From a virus, in IMG/VR virus record IMGVR_UViG_3300002460_000067, positions 1 to 42,214 of that record: 42,214 bases of DNA. The stretch is one strand, 5' to 3'. This document shows positions 28,501-37,534 of this stretch, one piece after another. Each line of letters starts with the position of its first letter. Position 1 is the stretch's first letter. The notes under the pieces are model-generated. The model searched no databases and was not told the origin of the DNA. It was given only the letters and a program-made list of their open reading frames with translations. The position numbers and the translations under genes are program-made.

Positions 28501-31500
28501 GAGCGGATACATGGCGGGGGTGTATTTCTGGACGGTCATCTTCCAGCGCTCAAACTCACTGCGCGCGTCATCGGGATTGACGAAATCGCTGCCCAGATAC
28601 ATCGCGATGGGTAGCGCAAATGTTAATGGGTTGAGTAGGCGATCCGGTCCGAAGGGTAGCGGATTCTGCACCGTGCCGCGCAGATGTTCCGGTACGTTGT
28701 TTTGCTGATTCTCCATCTCAATCGCCCGTTGCGACTCATACCACATATTGACGATACCGGGTTTCTGTACGGCGCGCGCCAGCCAGTTTTTAGCGCTGTG
28801 ACTCCAAAAATAATGAAACGGAAAAAGTATAGCCAGCCACACATCCAGATTGCGCTTGTCGTGATAGTTGAGCATGGCGAAGTTGCCCATCTGCTCGCCG
28901 GTGCGCACAGCCCCCGCCAAGATGTTATCGTACTGCGGGAGCATCTCTTGTAGCGCATCGAGCACGCGCAGTTGCTGCGCCGGCGTCATCGTGTTCGGCT
29001 TGCCCGCCAACAGTTCCGGCAAGCGTTGGATGATTCGTTTTTCCGCGTCGCCCAAGGTTCTGATCGTGTGCTGCGCGACCTCGCCCATTTCGGGCGCTTT
29101 CTTGCCTAGTAGCTCGGTGAGGTTGCTATTGACGCCGCTCACTAGTTTGTATAGGTCGGTTTGTTTGGCGCTCTCGGTCAGGCCATAGGGATTCCAGCCA
29201 CTGGCGTTACTCGCCAGTTTATAGGGCGTTTCGTGTAAAACTTGCAATTGGTCAATCAATTTTCCGAACGCCTGCCCCAGCCCTACACCCATCTCTGTTT
29301 CCATCGGCGTAGAAACAAAGGGCGTTTTTAGCCTAACATAATCCTGGACTAGCGCCTTCACGCTGGCCTGGTCAGTAATCTTTACTCCGGCAATGGTTAG
29401 CCCGCTGAATTTGTTTAGCTGCGCCGCGGTCAGCGGATTTTTCCCCGCCGCCACTTTCGCCGCAAGTTCATCAATCGGAGGCAACTGGTATTCATAGGCA
29501 TAATCTTGCCAAGCCCTACGAATGTCGCCGGAGGTAAACCCCTGTGTACTCTTGGCCAGGGGTGGCTTCGTGGGTGTAGCCGCGGGCAAAGTTTTTACTT
29601 CCACGTCTGGTCCTGTGGCTGTATATTTTGCGTAATCGGTCGGCTGGTCGCCTGCGGCCTGTGTGAGTTTATAGGCGTCCTGTTGCGCCAGCGCTTCCGC
29701 CTCTTGTGCCGCCCACTTCGCCGCACTGTCGGCGTCAAGCTCCTTGATCAGCGTATCGACAATGTTCGTGTTCTCCCCGATGACCCGGTAAAAGTCCTGC
29801 AATACTTTCAGCGGCACTTCGGGCAGCGCGGCGGCGAGGGTTCCCGCCTTGCGCTGCTTGGCCAGTTCCACCGGGTCGGCGAATCGTTCAAGCGCGCCGG
29901 TCGCCACATTGCGCGCTTGCCAGTAGCCATCCTGTAATTTCCCGACGAGTTGAAACTCGCCGCCCGCAAAATCATCGGTCCACTTGAGCGCGCCCTTCGC
30001 CATATCCGCCACGCCACTAGCCACAATTAACCGCTTGACGACATTGTTGTGGACAACGGCATTGTCAAAGAACTCAGCCCACACTTGATTACGCAGTTTG
30101 TAATAGGCGTCCGTTTGCTTGGGTAGCATACTGGCGCGTTTGTCGGCCAGGAATGCCGCGGCCTTTGCGCCTAGCTCCTCCATCTTGCGTAGTCCATCGG
30201 CCATCAGGTCAAGACTGTTTTGTGACGGATAGCGTCTGAACGCACTGAAAAGCTCTACAGCGCTCTTATCGACATACTTGCGGTTAGCATCCAGTGCCTT
30301 AGCAAACACGTCGCCTGCGGCTTGTGGTGAGCCTACGCCGAGTCCTGCGGTGCGCGCCGCCTGAATCTCTGCCTCATCGTAGGATGCATAGCGCTTGATG
30401 ACATCGAACCAGTCATACGCGCCCTCTACAGGTTGACCCTGCTCGAGTTTAATCAGATTCTGCCGCGCTGAGTCTACGGCCCGCTGGAAGAAGTCAGTGA
30501 ATCCGCTATAGATTTGCTTGGTTCCTTCAAACTTGCGCGCCCAGGCGTCACCCGTGTTGGCTGCAATGGCCGCCTTGCTCAACTGGTCTATCTGCGCCCT
30601 GGCTGTAGTGCGCCAGTCGTACCATTTGGCGAGCAGGTCCATGGCCACGTTCAATGACTGCGGGTCGGTCGCTCCGACGAGATCGCCGCGCAGGGTTGTC
30701 CACAATGCCGACTCTGTATCGGCGATTTGCTTCATGAGCGTCTGCGCTTCCTGGCGCGCCACGTCACCCGGCATCCCCCCGCGCTTGGCGGCTTCGGTCA
30801 TGCTGTCTACTACGTCCGCGCCGTCCTGCATCGACTCGAACTCGGTCCACACGCCACGCCCGGGTTGCGGTGGCGCTCTGTTGAGTAGCTCGCCGGCCTG
30901 CTTAAACTCTTCGCCAAATATCTGGCGCACTTTGGCCGCCGCTTCATCTAACTGATTCGGTAGACTCTCGCTCAACAGCGTGTTGAGTTTGGCCCACCCT
31001 TCCGCCGATACCAGTTCATCAGGTACGCCCAACTCTTTGAGTGAGAACGGTATCACCTGCCCGCTCGTCAACTTGCGCAGGGTGGCCGCCATCTGCTGTT
31101 TGTTGCCGTTAATGCCCACATCCGCCACGGTGGCGCTCAAACTCTTGGCCAAGTTGGGATCAATGCCCAGGCCAGTCAAGGTCTGCTCAAAGCCCTTCGC
31201 CGCGTCTGTCCAGTTGGAGGTCAGGTAGCGCTTGAAGGGTACATAAGTAGCGCGTAATGCAAAGTTTTGCTCGCCGAATGAGATGACGCCGAGGATGTCA
31301 GTATTCCCAAAGGGAATCTTGTACAGCCGCTTCATCAGATTGCTATAGCCCTGGGCTATAGGGTTGCCGTTAAATAGGCGCTCGGCCCAGTGCAGTCCGC
31401 CCATCACTTCCTCTGCTGATTGCCCAAGGGCTGACCCTGCCGCCTCTGCTGTACGCGTGGTCGGCGCCATACCTCCAAATTTGGTCATCAAATCGTTCAT

Positions 31501-33897
31501 GATTGCCTTGGTCGGGAGCAAGGTCATGGTGTTGTCGGCGATCAGCGTAGCCGCCGCGTTGGTAGCATTTTTTATCCAGTAGCCTGGACTCATGCCCAGG
31601 TACATATCAGACAAAATTGCTTTCTGTATACCCCATGTGGCAGCCAGTGGATTCTGTCCCCCTGGCCCCGCCGCGGCAATAGCCTTCTTCAATTGTTTGG
31701 CTTGAAGTTGTGCGTCATAGGGCAACATCTCCGCGGACTGTTTTAATACTTTGCCCGCTTTGTCTACATATTCAATGACCGACGTTCCCGTCGCGGTGCG
31801 CGTCACGCGGAAGTTGACCGCGCCCGCGGGTAGATTGTCCAGCGTCTTGAGTCCGAACAATTCGCGGCTGGCCTTATAGAGTACGTCGTTGAACTCGGCA
31901 AAAAATTCCTGCGGGGCAAATGTAGCCGGGTCGCCGGTCAAGCTGCGCATATTCAGCAATGCCTCACGCGCCTTGACGATCACCGGATATTGTTTTAGTA
32001 GTTCGGAGTTGGCGACAACGCCCGGCCCCCACTTGGTAATCTCGGTTGAGCCAGGCAGTACAACCCCCTCCACCAACTGGCGCGGGTCATTCGTCCACAG
32101 GTCGAGCACGGCGCGGGCGCTCGTCTTGTCGGTGACATCTGACATAATGTTGGCCGCGGCGCGCCAGAGGATGTCCGTCGCCATGTGCGCGTTCGTGTCC
32201 GCAGTCCTGGCGAACGGGTTGACCGCGCTCCACCACCCGCCCACGTTGCCGCCCAGGGCGGTCTTGGTCGCGTCGTCGATTACACCGTCCAGCGCGTTCA
32301 ATGCCTGTGCTGGCGTCATGTTCATAAGCGCCGCCGCCTTTGCCGCCTGTAATGCCTCACGCGACGGCGCCAATGAGATGTTCAGCGGGTCTAAGATCAC
32401 CCCGCCCAAAAATTCCGCCCAAGCGTTGCCGTGTTCGTCAATGATTTCCGTCTTGGTTTTATTTTTAAGTTCGTTGGCCTGCGCGCCGTACTGCGCGGCT
32501 TCTAAATATTTGTTGTTTACTGCGTCAAAAGTTTCTTTGGTCATCGGACGATTAAGGTAAAATTTATAAGCGTCCTCGGTCAAAGGCCTCGTCGAATCGG
32601 TAAGCCCTTGCGCGGCCGCCAATGCCTGCTGCGCTTTCTGCTCAAGTTCGGCAACCATATCATCTTGGTTGAGAATGGCGTCAATCGCGCTGCGTGTTTC
32701 CTCTGGCCCGGCGATCAGTTTGACCATCGCCGCGTTCGCTTCAGTACGCAGTTCAGGCGGTAGGGAATCAAAGGCCATGCGCACGGCTTGACTATTGCGC
32801 AGATTGTCCCAGAAGAGTTTTGCCGCAGTATCGCCTAACGCGTTGGGCGCGTTGGGCGTATCGTCAAATAAATCCTTCACGCGGTTGGGATTGCGCGGGT
32901 TCAGCGTGCGATTAATGGCCTCGCCCGCGGCGCTCGCCAACTGCCCCACGCTCACATCCTCACCACCCAGAAACGCACCTGTGCCGGGAATCTGCGTGGT
33001 TTCAATCGCCTTGCCGCCCAGGGAAAGCGCGGTCAATACGTTCCGCGCGTTGTCCCCCAAGGCGTCTATTCCCCGATTGCTGCCTTCGGCCAAACTATCC
33101 TTGGCTTGCTGTTCCAGGTAATCATACCCAGGCGTCGCGCCAAACGCGGCCTTCAGCGCCCAGTCTACTGGCCCCACTTCCTTGGCATAATCAGCGCTGA
33201 GTCCGGCGATCTTCTGGGCGCCTTGCCAGCCGCCCAACTGCTGCCACGCATATTTGGCCGCATCGATAACGGTGGGCGCATAGCGCGTCACGCCCCAGGC
33301 GTCTTCCCGCGGCGGCGCGTATGGGTCATAGGGGGCGGTAGGGCTGCCCATCGTGGGCGCTTGCTGTTGCTGCCCGGTCATCGGGTTGACCCCGGTGTCT
33401 GGCCGCGTCAACGCATAATCAACGGTCGCCGGTTTTACATCGTACAGGTTGGGTCTCACCTGTGGTTGTCCAGTGTTAGCGGAGGAGAGCGGGTTATACT
33501 CCGGTTGTTGCGGTGGACCATTACGCCAAGCGTCCATAGCATTGAGCCACTTGTCTTCTGGTGGAGCGGATGGAGCAATGGGCGGACCCACTGACGGGAC
33601 CATGGGGCGCGTCTCGCCGGGGCGTAGTGGACCCTGCACGGGCACATTGATAGGGCGCAAAACATCAGAGACGGAAACACGCTGCGCGGGGGCAGTCGCA
33701 TGTTCGGCCTGCCGCCATTGCGCCATTGCCGTCTCTAGCGGATCGGCGCGCTGAACGGAAGCCTGCGGCGCGGTCGTCGGCGCCACGGCCTGCCGCCACT
33801 TCGCCGCCTGGCGGGCGCGCTCCGCTTCAAATTCGGCCTGCGCCGCGGCTTCATCTTCGCCGTTCCACCAATCGGTAATCCCATTCCACCAAGACAT
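25528..33897 (-). CDS. giant virion-module protein, 2,789 aa (function unknown; possible internal or ejection protein)
   Basis: A single uninterrupted ORF with GAGGGA 7 nt upstream of the ATG. It lies between the portal and scaffold genes. I recognise no catalytic motif. Confidence 0.85.
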   Translation of the reverse strand: MSWWNGITDWWNGEDEAAAQAEFEAERARQAAKWRQAVAPTTAPQASVQRADPLETAMAQWRQAEHATAPAQRVSVSDVLRPINVPVQGPLRPGETRPMVPSVGPPIAPSAPPEDKWLNAMDAWRNGPPQQPEYNPLSSANTGQPQVRPNLYDVKPATVDYALTRPDTGVNPMTGQQQQAPTMGSPTAPYDPYAPPREDAWGVTRYAPTVIDAAKYAWQQLGGWQGAQKIAGLSADYAKEVGPVDWALKAAFGATPGYDYLEQQAKDSLAEGSNRGIDALGDNARNVLTALSLGGKAIETTQIPGTGAFLGGEDVSVGQLASAAGEAINRTLNPRNPNRVKDLFDDTPNAPNALGDTAAKLFWDNLRNSQAVRMAFDSLPPELRTEANAAMVKLIAGPEETRSAIDAILNQDDMVAELEQKAQQALAAAQGLTDSTRPLTEDAYKFYLNRPMTKETFDAVNNKYLEAAQYGAQANELKNKTKTEIIDEHGNAWAEFLGGVILDPLNISLAPSREALQAAKAAALMNMTPAQALNALDGVIDDATKTALGGNVGGWWSAVNPFARTADTNAHMATDILWRAAANIMSDVTDKTSARAVLDLWTNDPRQLVEGVVLPGSTEITKWGPGVVANSELLKQYPVIVKAREALLNMRSLTGDPATFAPQEFFAEFNDVLYKASRELFGLKTLDNLPAGAVNFRVTRTATGTSVIEYVDKAGKVLKQSAEMLPYDAQLQAKQLKKAIAAAGPGGQNPLAATWGIQKAILSDMYLGMSPGYWIKNATNAAATLIADNTMTLLPTKAIMNDLMTKFGGMAPTTRTAEAAGSALGQSAEEVMGGLHWAERLFNGNPIAQGYSNLMKRLYKIPFGNTDILGVISFGEQNFALRATYVPFKRYLTSNWTDAAKGFEQTLTGLGIDPNLAKSLSATVADVGINGNKQQMAATLRKLTSGQVIPFSLKELGVPDELVSAEGWAKLNTLLSESLPNQLDEAAAKVRQIFGEEFKQAGELLNRAPPQPGRGVWTEFESMQDGADVVDSMTEAAKRGGMPGDVARQEAQTLMKQIADTESALWTTLRGDLVGATDPQSLNVAMDLLAKWYDWRTTARAQIDQLSKAAIAANTGDAWARKFEGTKQIYSGFTDFFQRAVDSARQNLIKLEQGQPVEGAYDWFDVIKRYASYDEAEIQAARTAGLGVGSPQAAGDVFAKALDANRKYVDKSAVELFSAFRRYPSQNSLDLMADGLRKMEELGAKAAAFLADKRASMLPKQTDAYYKLRNQVWAEFFDNAVVHNNVVKRLIVASGVADMAKGALKWTDDFAGGEFQLVGKLQDGYWQARNVATGALERFADPVELAKQRKAGTLAAALPEVPLKVLQDFYRVIGENTNIVDTLIKELDADSAAKWAAQEAEALAQQDAYKLTQAAGDQPTDYAKYTATGPDVEVKTLPAATPTKPPLAKSTQGFTSGDIRRAWQDYAYEYQLPPIDELAAKVAAGKNPLTAAQLNKFSGLTIAGVKITDQASVKALVQDYVRLKTPFVSTPMETEMGVGLGQAFGKLIDQLQVLHETPYKLASNASGWNPYGLTESAKQTDLYKLVSGVNSNLTELLGKKAPEMGEVAQHTIRTLGDAEKRIIQRLPELLAGKPNTMTPAQQLRVLDALQEMLPQYDNILAGAVRTGEQMGNFAMLNYHDKRNLDVWLAILFPFHYFWSHSAKNWLARAVQKPGIVNMWYESQRAIEMENQQNNVPEHLRGTVQNPLPFGPDRLLNPLTFALPIAMYLGSDFVNPDDARSEFERWKMTVQKYTPAMYPLASYAMNYALDQSNPLPGGKRRTDEFQLGDVLPLYKLAGYARQGMTGQMGPQGALSYGDEYDYGRAGKQVALAGLRGEVNPQDAMWASDVGYQQQTGSQPLPEQSAGAAGAWQQGASAAGWDRFQNRAMAFLTGIPGYNLSPEEQQMREMKETRPKLGYNEVTNPYGSREAVNAYTGMQPEAFDATFNYSVLYPQGDDRKRLRPGEKAVQNEYYNAHGVIMNEMTQAVAKYLIDNPDATSKEVNDFKSPFWDRVEELKAKYPSLPEKETKHLNTTYMNPVEHAAGFVQSVLSHKPAGKPVYPGKDASPEDKKAYYLDKAKWDTARLDYYDRQFTQLLNQDDTYPDPWKDAARKMVKDMYASELLRGYENRYAGDVEKAWSDRQSFVEEVEDAQYKLNEKNVDERMGAAGNELLSQYYALPKTGEERKAYKQANPLVDQAMLASFHPQEYDEFVKRFGADAFAMVQNGPKHPGDGATEAQLNAYYAEAAAFNDQYPNAEAAKLWLKGRRFGDARGTDSYGAAYDEAVKIFGPNIFDILNSVPNEGKAAFVAWLKANPEEHMLYTGYKEWKKEFQDVDQASYDPNATTTPEDEAIIPNAGAGEGYTGPRPVGSERQALGTFDPYAPAEEQQPSPWVNRNWDNVLNQPASNPWTQRANELNASILGGEAIPSQMSATGSTRKGAPVQPTFSPLPGEQPTAATTGSADLKTARDYASMNDKWVKGEMTRAEWAARRSAVLKFFDTGGAAMWDEYYSLPKGDARKEYLTKNPVMRAINLYAYNSKELAPALKEFGDDALGRWALTPAYADTPEAKAARAQYYDKNPKAFLFGAWLNGRPANYDESKEGSDDFKYNFGADYATAKEMFGDNIWDVVSQFKRGWDATQRRLWYEKNPQYNAWADWWYGREKKEYTPRSGGGGGAHGGYGGYQPTERKTIVNMPNVYGQSMASGLAEPPRMASYQNPQIDLDWLNAGKQLRPGEPRKWSPSWIRGIKTQ

Positions 33898-33978
33898 CAG
33901 CTATCCCTCAGTATTTCTATGTTATCCCCAATTACCCGTGGCGTCTGGCCCTCCCAACCGCCATTCGTCTAGCGGATC

Positions 33979-35517
33979 TTAGGTCGCCCTCATCCAACGC
34001 GTGTTTGCTCTTTGATTGCGACCGGTCGCCGCCAACAACGCCTGCTGCTGTTGCGCCTGCATCTGCGCGAATGCTAATTCGCGCTGCTGGCCTAGCTCCT
34101 GCTGTCGATATTGCTCAAGCGCTCGCTGCGTATCAAAATCGAGACTGAAGCGCCGCGCCTGCTCCTGCTGCGCCTGGCTCAACTGCGCCGCCTGCAAGCC
34201 ATAGGTCTGCTGCTGTGTCAGTTCAGCAAGCGCCGCGTTACGCTGGCCCAGGTCAAGCTGACCAGATTTATACATCTGGTCAATCTGGTTTGCTTGCTGC
34301 GCTACCCCCAGTTGCCCCTGTTGCACGCCTAGCTGTCCCTGCTGTACGCCCAGTTGCCCGCGCGCTATATCCTGTTGACTGTTCTGGATATGGAACGTCT
34401 GCTGTTGCGTCACTTCGGCCAAGGCCAACTGGCGCTGCTCGTTGCTGAGACGGCCTTGATTGTAGGCTTCATTGATCGCATTCTGTTGGCGCTGTACGTC
34501 CAGATTGCCCAAGCCCAACTGCTGTTGGATGTCAGACTGCCGGTTGCCTAACGCTAACTGGCCGCGATTGTTGGCATCTGTAATGTCCAACTGCCGGTTG
34601 CCCTGGTCGAGCTGGCCCATCTGGTACTGGTTACGAATATCCAGTTCCCGGTTGCCGATGCCAAGTTGGCCCTGCTGATACTGGTCGCGTATATCCAGTT
34701 CCCGGTTGCCGATGCCCAACTGCCCTGTCTGGTAGGCGGCTTGCTGCGCGTTCTGCGCGGCGCTCTGGCGCAACTGCTCGCGCTGTGCGTAGTCCTGTAA
34801 ACCAAACTGTTGTTGGCTAAATCGCTGATTCCAGGCGTCAAGTCCGCTCTGTCGATTGTAATCCTGCGCCCACTGGCTTGCCGCCTGCTCCGCTTGCCAC
34901 TCGGCCATTGTCTGCTGTCGCCCCGACAGTTGCATATTGTACTGGTCGAGTCCCTGCTGATAGCCAAATTGCTCGTTCCAACGGCGCTGCGCCTCGTTGA
35001 AATCTTGGCTGTACTGGTAGGCATTCTGGCCTAATTGCCAAATCGGAACGTTGGCCTGCACCGCCTGTAATGCCGCCTCGCGCTCGTCGTTGGATTGTAG
35101 CGTAGTCGGGTCAAGACCTTGGTAATAACTGAATTGATTCGCCTGTGCGGGCTGCCCCTGACCGGACGGCGTATACTGCGGGTAGGTCGGGTTATAGTAT
35201 GGCTGCTGTGTACTGCCATCCTTGCTCGGGTTGTATGTCCCCGGCAAGGGGTCGGGTCGGTAGGTGCTGCCGGGTCGCGTCTGCGATCCCCCGCCCCCCC
35301 GCGAGTTATTGAGCATTTGCTGATTCCACTGGCGCGTATTGCCCATCCCCTGGCTGGTGCTGTACTGGTTCGGATTGTAGGTCATGCCCTGGCCAAAGGT
35401 CTGCCCCTGTGGCGTGCCGCCGTAGGGATTCGTGCGCGTAGTAGGCTGTTGCTGCTGCATGAATGTCTGATTTGTCGGTTGCTGCGCGTAGGTGCGCAGA
35501 TTGTTGCTAATGGCCAT
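33979..35517 (-). CDS. glutamine-rich repeat protein (512 aa)
   Basis: Visibly Q/N/G-rich, with 18-aa repeats (GQLGIGNRELDIRDQYQQ and variants). Its start overlaps the portal stop (TAATG). Confidence 0.7.
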   Translation of the reverse strand: MAISNNLRTYAQQPTNQTFMQQQQPTTRTNPYGGTPQGQTFGQGMTYNPNQYSTSQGMGNTRQWNQQMLNNSRGGGGSQTRPGSTYRPDPLPGTYNPSKDGSTQQPYYNPTYPQYTPSGQGQPAQANQFSYYQGLDPTTLQSNDEREAALQAVQANVPIWQLGQNAYQYSQDFNEAQRRWNEQFGYQQGLDQYNMQLSGRQQTMAEWQAEQAASQWAQDYNRQSGLDAWNQRFSQQQFGLQDYAQREQLRQSAAQNAQQAAYQTGQLGIGNRELDIRDQYQQGQLGIGNRELDIRNQYQMGQLDQGNRQLDITDANNRGQLALGNRQSDIQQQLGLGNLDVQRQQNAINEAYNQGRLSNEQRQLALAEVTQQQTFHIQNSQQDIARGQLGVQQGQLGVQQGQLGVAQQANQIDQMYKSGQLDLGQRNAALAELTQQQTYGLQAAQLSQAQQEQARRFSLDFDTQRALEQYRQQELGQQRELAFAQMQAQQQQALLAATGRNQRANTRWMRAT

Positions 35518-37457
35518 TAGGGTCTAATTCCTTCCTGCGGTAAGCCCGCCAGTAAATTCAATTCTTCGCCAGGCGGTAGGGGATTCCCCATCATCTGTGC
35601 GAATAGCGCGGGGTCGCCCGCCGGCGGCAGGCCCATCATCTCCGGTTCGATTTGTCCGGCCATCGCGGGCGGAATCCCGCCGCCTTGCGGCATGGGAATC
35701 GCGGGCGGTTGGAGGGGTAACGGTCCCGGTGGCGGCAGTCCCATCCCAGGTGGCATCATACCCGGTGGCGGTGGCATCATACCAGGAGGTGGCCCACCTG
35801 GTCCCATCGCTGGCGGTGGCGGTTCCTTTGGTCCGAACATCCGTTCCGCCACCTGTTCCAACGGCGTTCCTTTGATGATCATTTCCCAGCTTTTCGGACG
35901 CACTTCGATGAGTTTCACCAACTGGATGTTCTGCGCCAGTTCCGGCGACTCTAATAACTTTTCTGCCCATATTCTGTCCTGTTCATCGTTCGGCATATCC
36001 ACCGATACCCATTTGTCCCAGAACGTTTGTTTCGACAGATTGCCGCTATTGACCATCTGCAAGCCAAACGCCATGCGTTGGGCGTCATCCTGTGGAAGAT
36101 TCGGACGCAACGTCACCATATTCTCGTAATAGCCGTCAATGTCCTTCCCGTAGAGACATAATTTATAGATTTTGTCGTCTTTGGCACTCTTGCCCCAAAT
36201 CTCAATGCCCTCCTCGTCGTCGTCGAAGGCTTCAGCGAGCGCCATTACCGCCTCATTCACCTGCATGACGGCCATTTCCAGGTACTCCAGGGGCGATTTA
36301 ATGCGCCCGCGCGCCGCGTCGGAGAGCAAAGACACCCCATAGCCCGCCTGCATAGAGCCGGATTCTCCATACAGCACACTCGGGAAGGCGCTTTGCTGTA
36401 ACGTCTCATCGAGTTTGGCCAGCATCGACTCCATGACCGTAAGATTGACCTGCGGCATGACCTGATTTATCTTCGTGCCAGCCGGAACATGCTCCGTGGC
36501 GCCCGGCCTGACTTTGAAATCGGGAACTTCCACCCCCTCTTCGTTCTCTACCGTAAAAAACGGCCAGGTCGCCCATAGTACGCCGGTGCCCAAGTTGCTC
36601 TGGAGACGGCATTTGTACTGCCAGGGTCCGTCCAGCGGATACAAAATCGATAATCCGCGGTGTGACTCGTCTTTGGTCGGCGCAGAATCGCCGTACACCT
36701 CGATGATCGGGATAAATGTATAGTCCGTCTTGCGCGACGGACGCGCAAACTCGTCTTCCACCAGCACCGCGTTCCAAATGTCGCCAGTGGTCGGGCTTGT
36801 CCACCAGAAATCAATCACACATAGCTCGTCGTTCTCGTCAGAGCGACGCCGCCCCGGCGTACGCGTGTCATCATCGGTGAACAACCTCAGTTTCGGGTAA
36901 CGCTGCCGGATATTTAGGCGTGATTCGCGGTATTTGTGGTAGGCGTACTCGGTATAAAGCGGCCCGCGATGCACGCCTACCGCCAACGGGTCGAGCGTGC
37001 GAATGAGAATGGGGAAACGGCGCTCTTGCATCGCCTTGGGCAGTGCATCCTTAATCCACTTGACCTCAAAACAGCAGCGACCGCGCACGAGAGAGAGCCA
37101 CGCCGCATCATACAGGATGTTGCGGCCTTGCAGGTGGCCAATGCGCTGCCACATGGCCGTTAAAAAGCGCTCTTTGGCCTGCGCGGCCTTGGCTGCATCC
37201 TCAGTGTTTTCCTTGGCCGGAACGTCAATGCGCGGCTGCGTGGAAATCAGCCGCTGCGCCAAATTTACGACGTTGTACGGGTCGGCGGTGACGACCATTT
37301 CCCGGCCATCTTTGTTGATGGAATCAGAAAGCGTCTTGGAAAATCCTGGGTCGAGCAGCCACATTTTCTCCCACTGCTCAGCCATCTCCACGTATTTGGC
37401 GCGTTTGCTCTCTGTGTTGCTGACGCGCTGTAATATCTGTTCTACATCCAGTTTCAT
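35517..37457 (-). CDS. portal protein
   Basis: 646 aa downstream of terL, separated from it only by two small ORFs. ATG 37457 is chosen because the track start (37493) lies inside the terminator hairpin. The assignment rests on size, position and general sequence character. Confidence 0.65.
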   Translation of the reverse strand: MKLDVEQILQRVSNTESKRAKYVEMAEQWEKMWLLDPGFSKTLSDSINKDGREMVVTADPYNVVNLAQRLISTQPRIDVPAKENTEDAAKAAQAKERFLTAMWQRIGHLQGRNILYDAAWLSLVRGRCCFEVKWIKDALPKAMQERRFPILIRTLDPLAVGVHRGPLYTEYAYHKYRESRLNIRQRYPKLRLFTDDDTRTPGRRRSDENDELCVIDFWWTSPTTGDIWNAVLVEDEFARPSRKTDYTFIPIIEVYGDSAPTKDESHRGLSILYPLDGPWQYKCRLQSNLGTGVLWATWPFFTVENEEGVEVPDFKVRPGATEHVPAGTKINQVMPQVNLTVMESMLAKLDETLQQSAFPSVLYGESGSMQAGYGVSLLSDAARGRIKSPLEYLEMAVMQVNEAVMALAEAFDDDEEGIEIWGKSAKDDKIYKLCLYGKDIDGYYENMVTLRPNLPQDDAQRMAFGLQMVNSGNLSKQTFWDKWVSVDMPNDEQDRIWAEKLLESPELAQNIQLVKLIEVRPKSWEMIIKGTPLEQVAERMFGPKEPPPPAMGPGGPPPGMMPPPPGMMPPGMGLPPPGPLPLQPPAIPMPQGGGIPPAMAGQIEPEMMGLPPAGDPALFAQMMGNPLPPGEELNLLAGLPQEGIRP

Positions 37458-37473
37458 AGGTTTGTCCACAAAA

Positions 37474-37508
37474 TAAAAAAGGCCACATGACACAATGTCA
37501 TGTGGCCT
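37474..37508 (-). terminator. Intrinsic terminator (minus strand), second copy of the conserved cassette
   Basis: 13-bp stem spanning 37480-37508 with a 3-nt loop. On the minus strand it is followed by TTTTTTATTTT. Confidence 0.8.
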
Positions 37509-37534
37509 TTCGGTTTCCCGCTAAGCGTATTAAA

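Noticed and set aside
25528-33897. The giant ORF as a tape measure protein, or as an N4-like virion RNA polymerase using the early hairpins as promoters.
   Set aside because: For the tape measure reading, the gene lies between portal and scaffold rather than in a tail module, and no tube, sheath or chaperone genes exist. For the vRNAP reading, I could not find T/DxxGR or A/B/C polymerase motifs by eye. The early operon already has a perfect host-type promoter, and its hairpins have 4-8-nt loops, unlike N4 promoters. This idea is kept only as a low-probability item to test.
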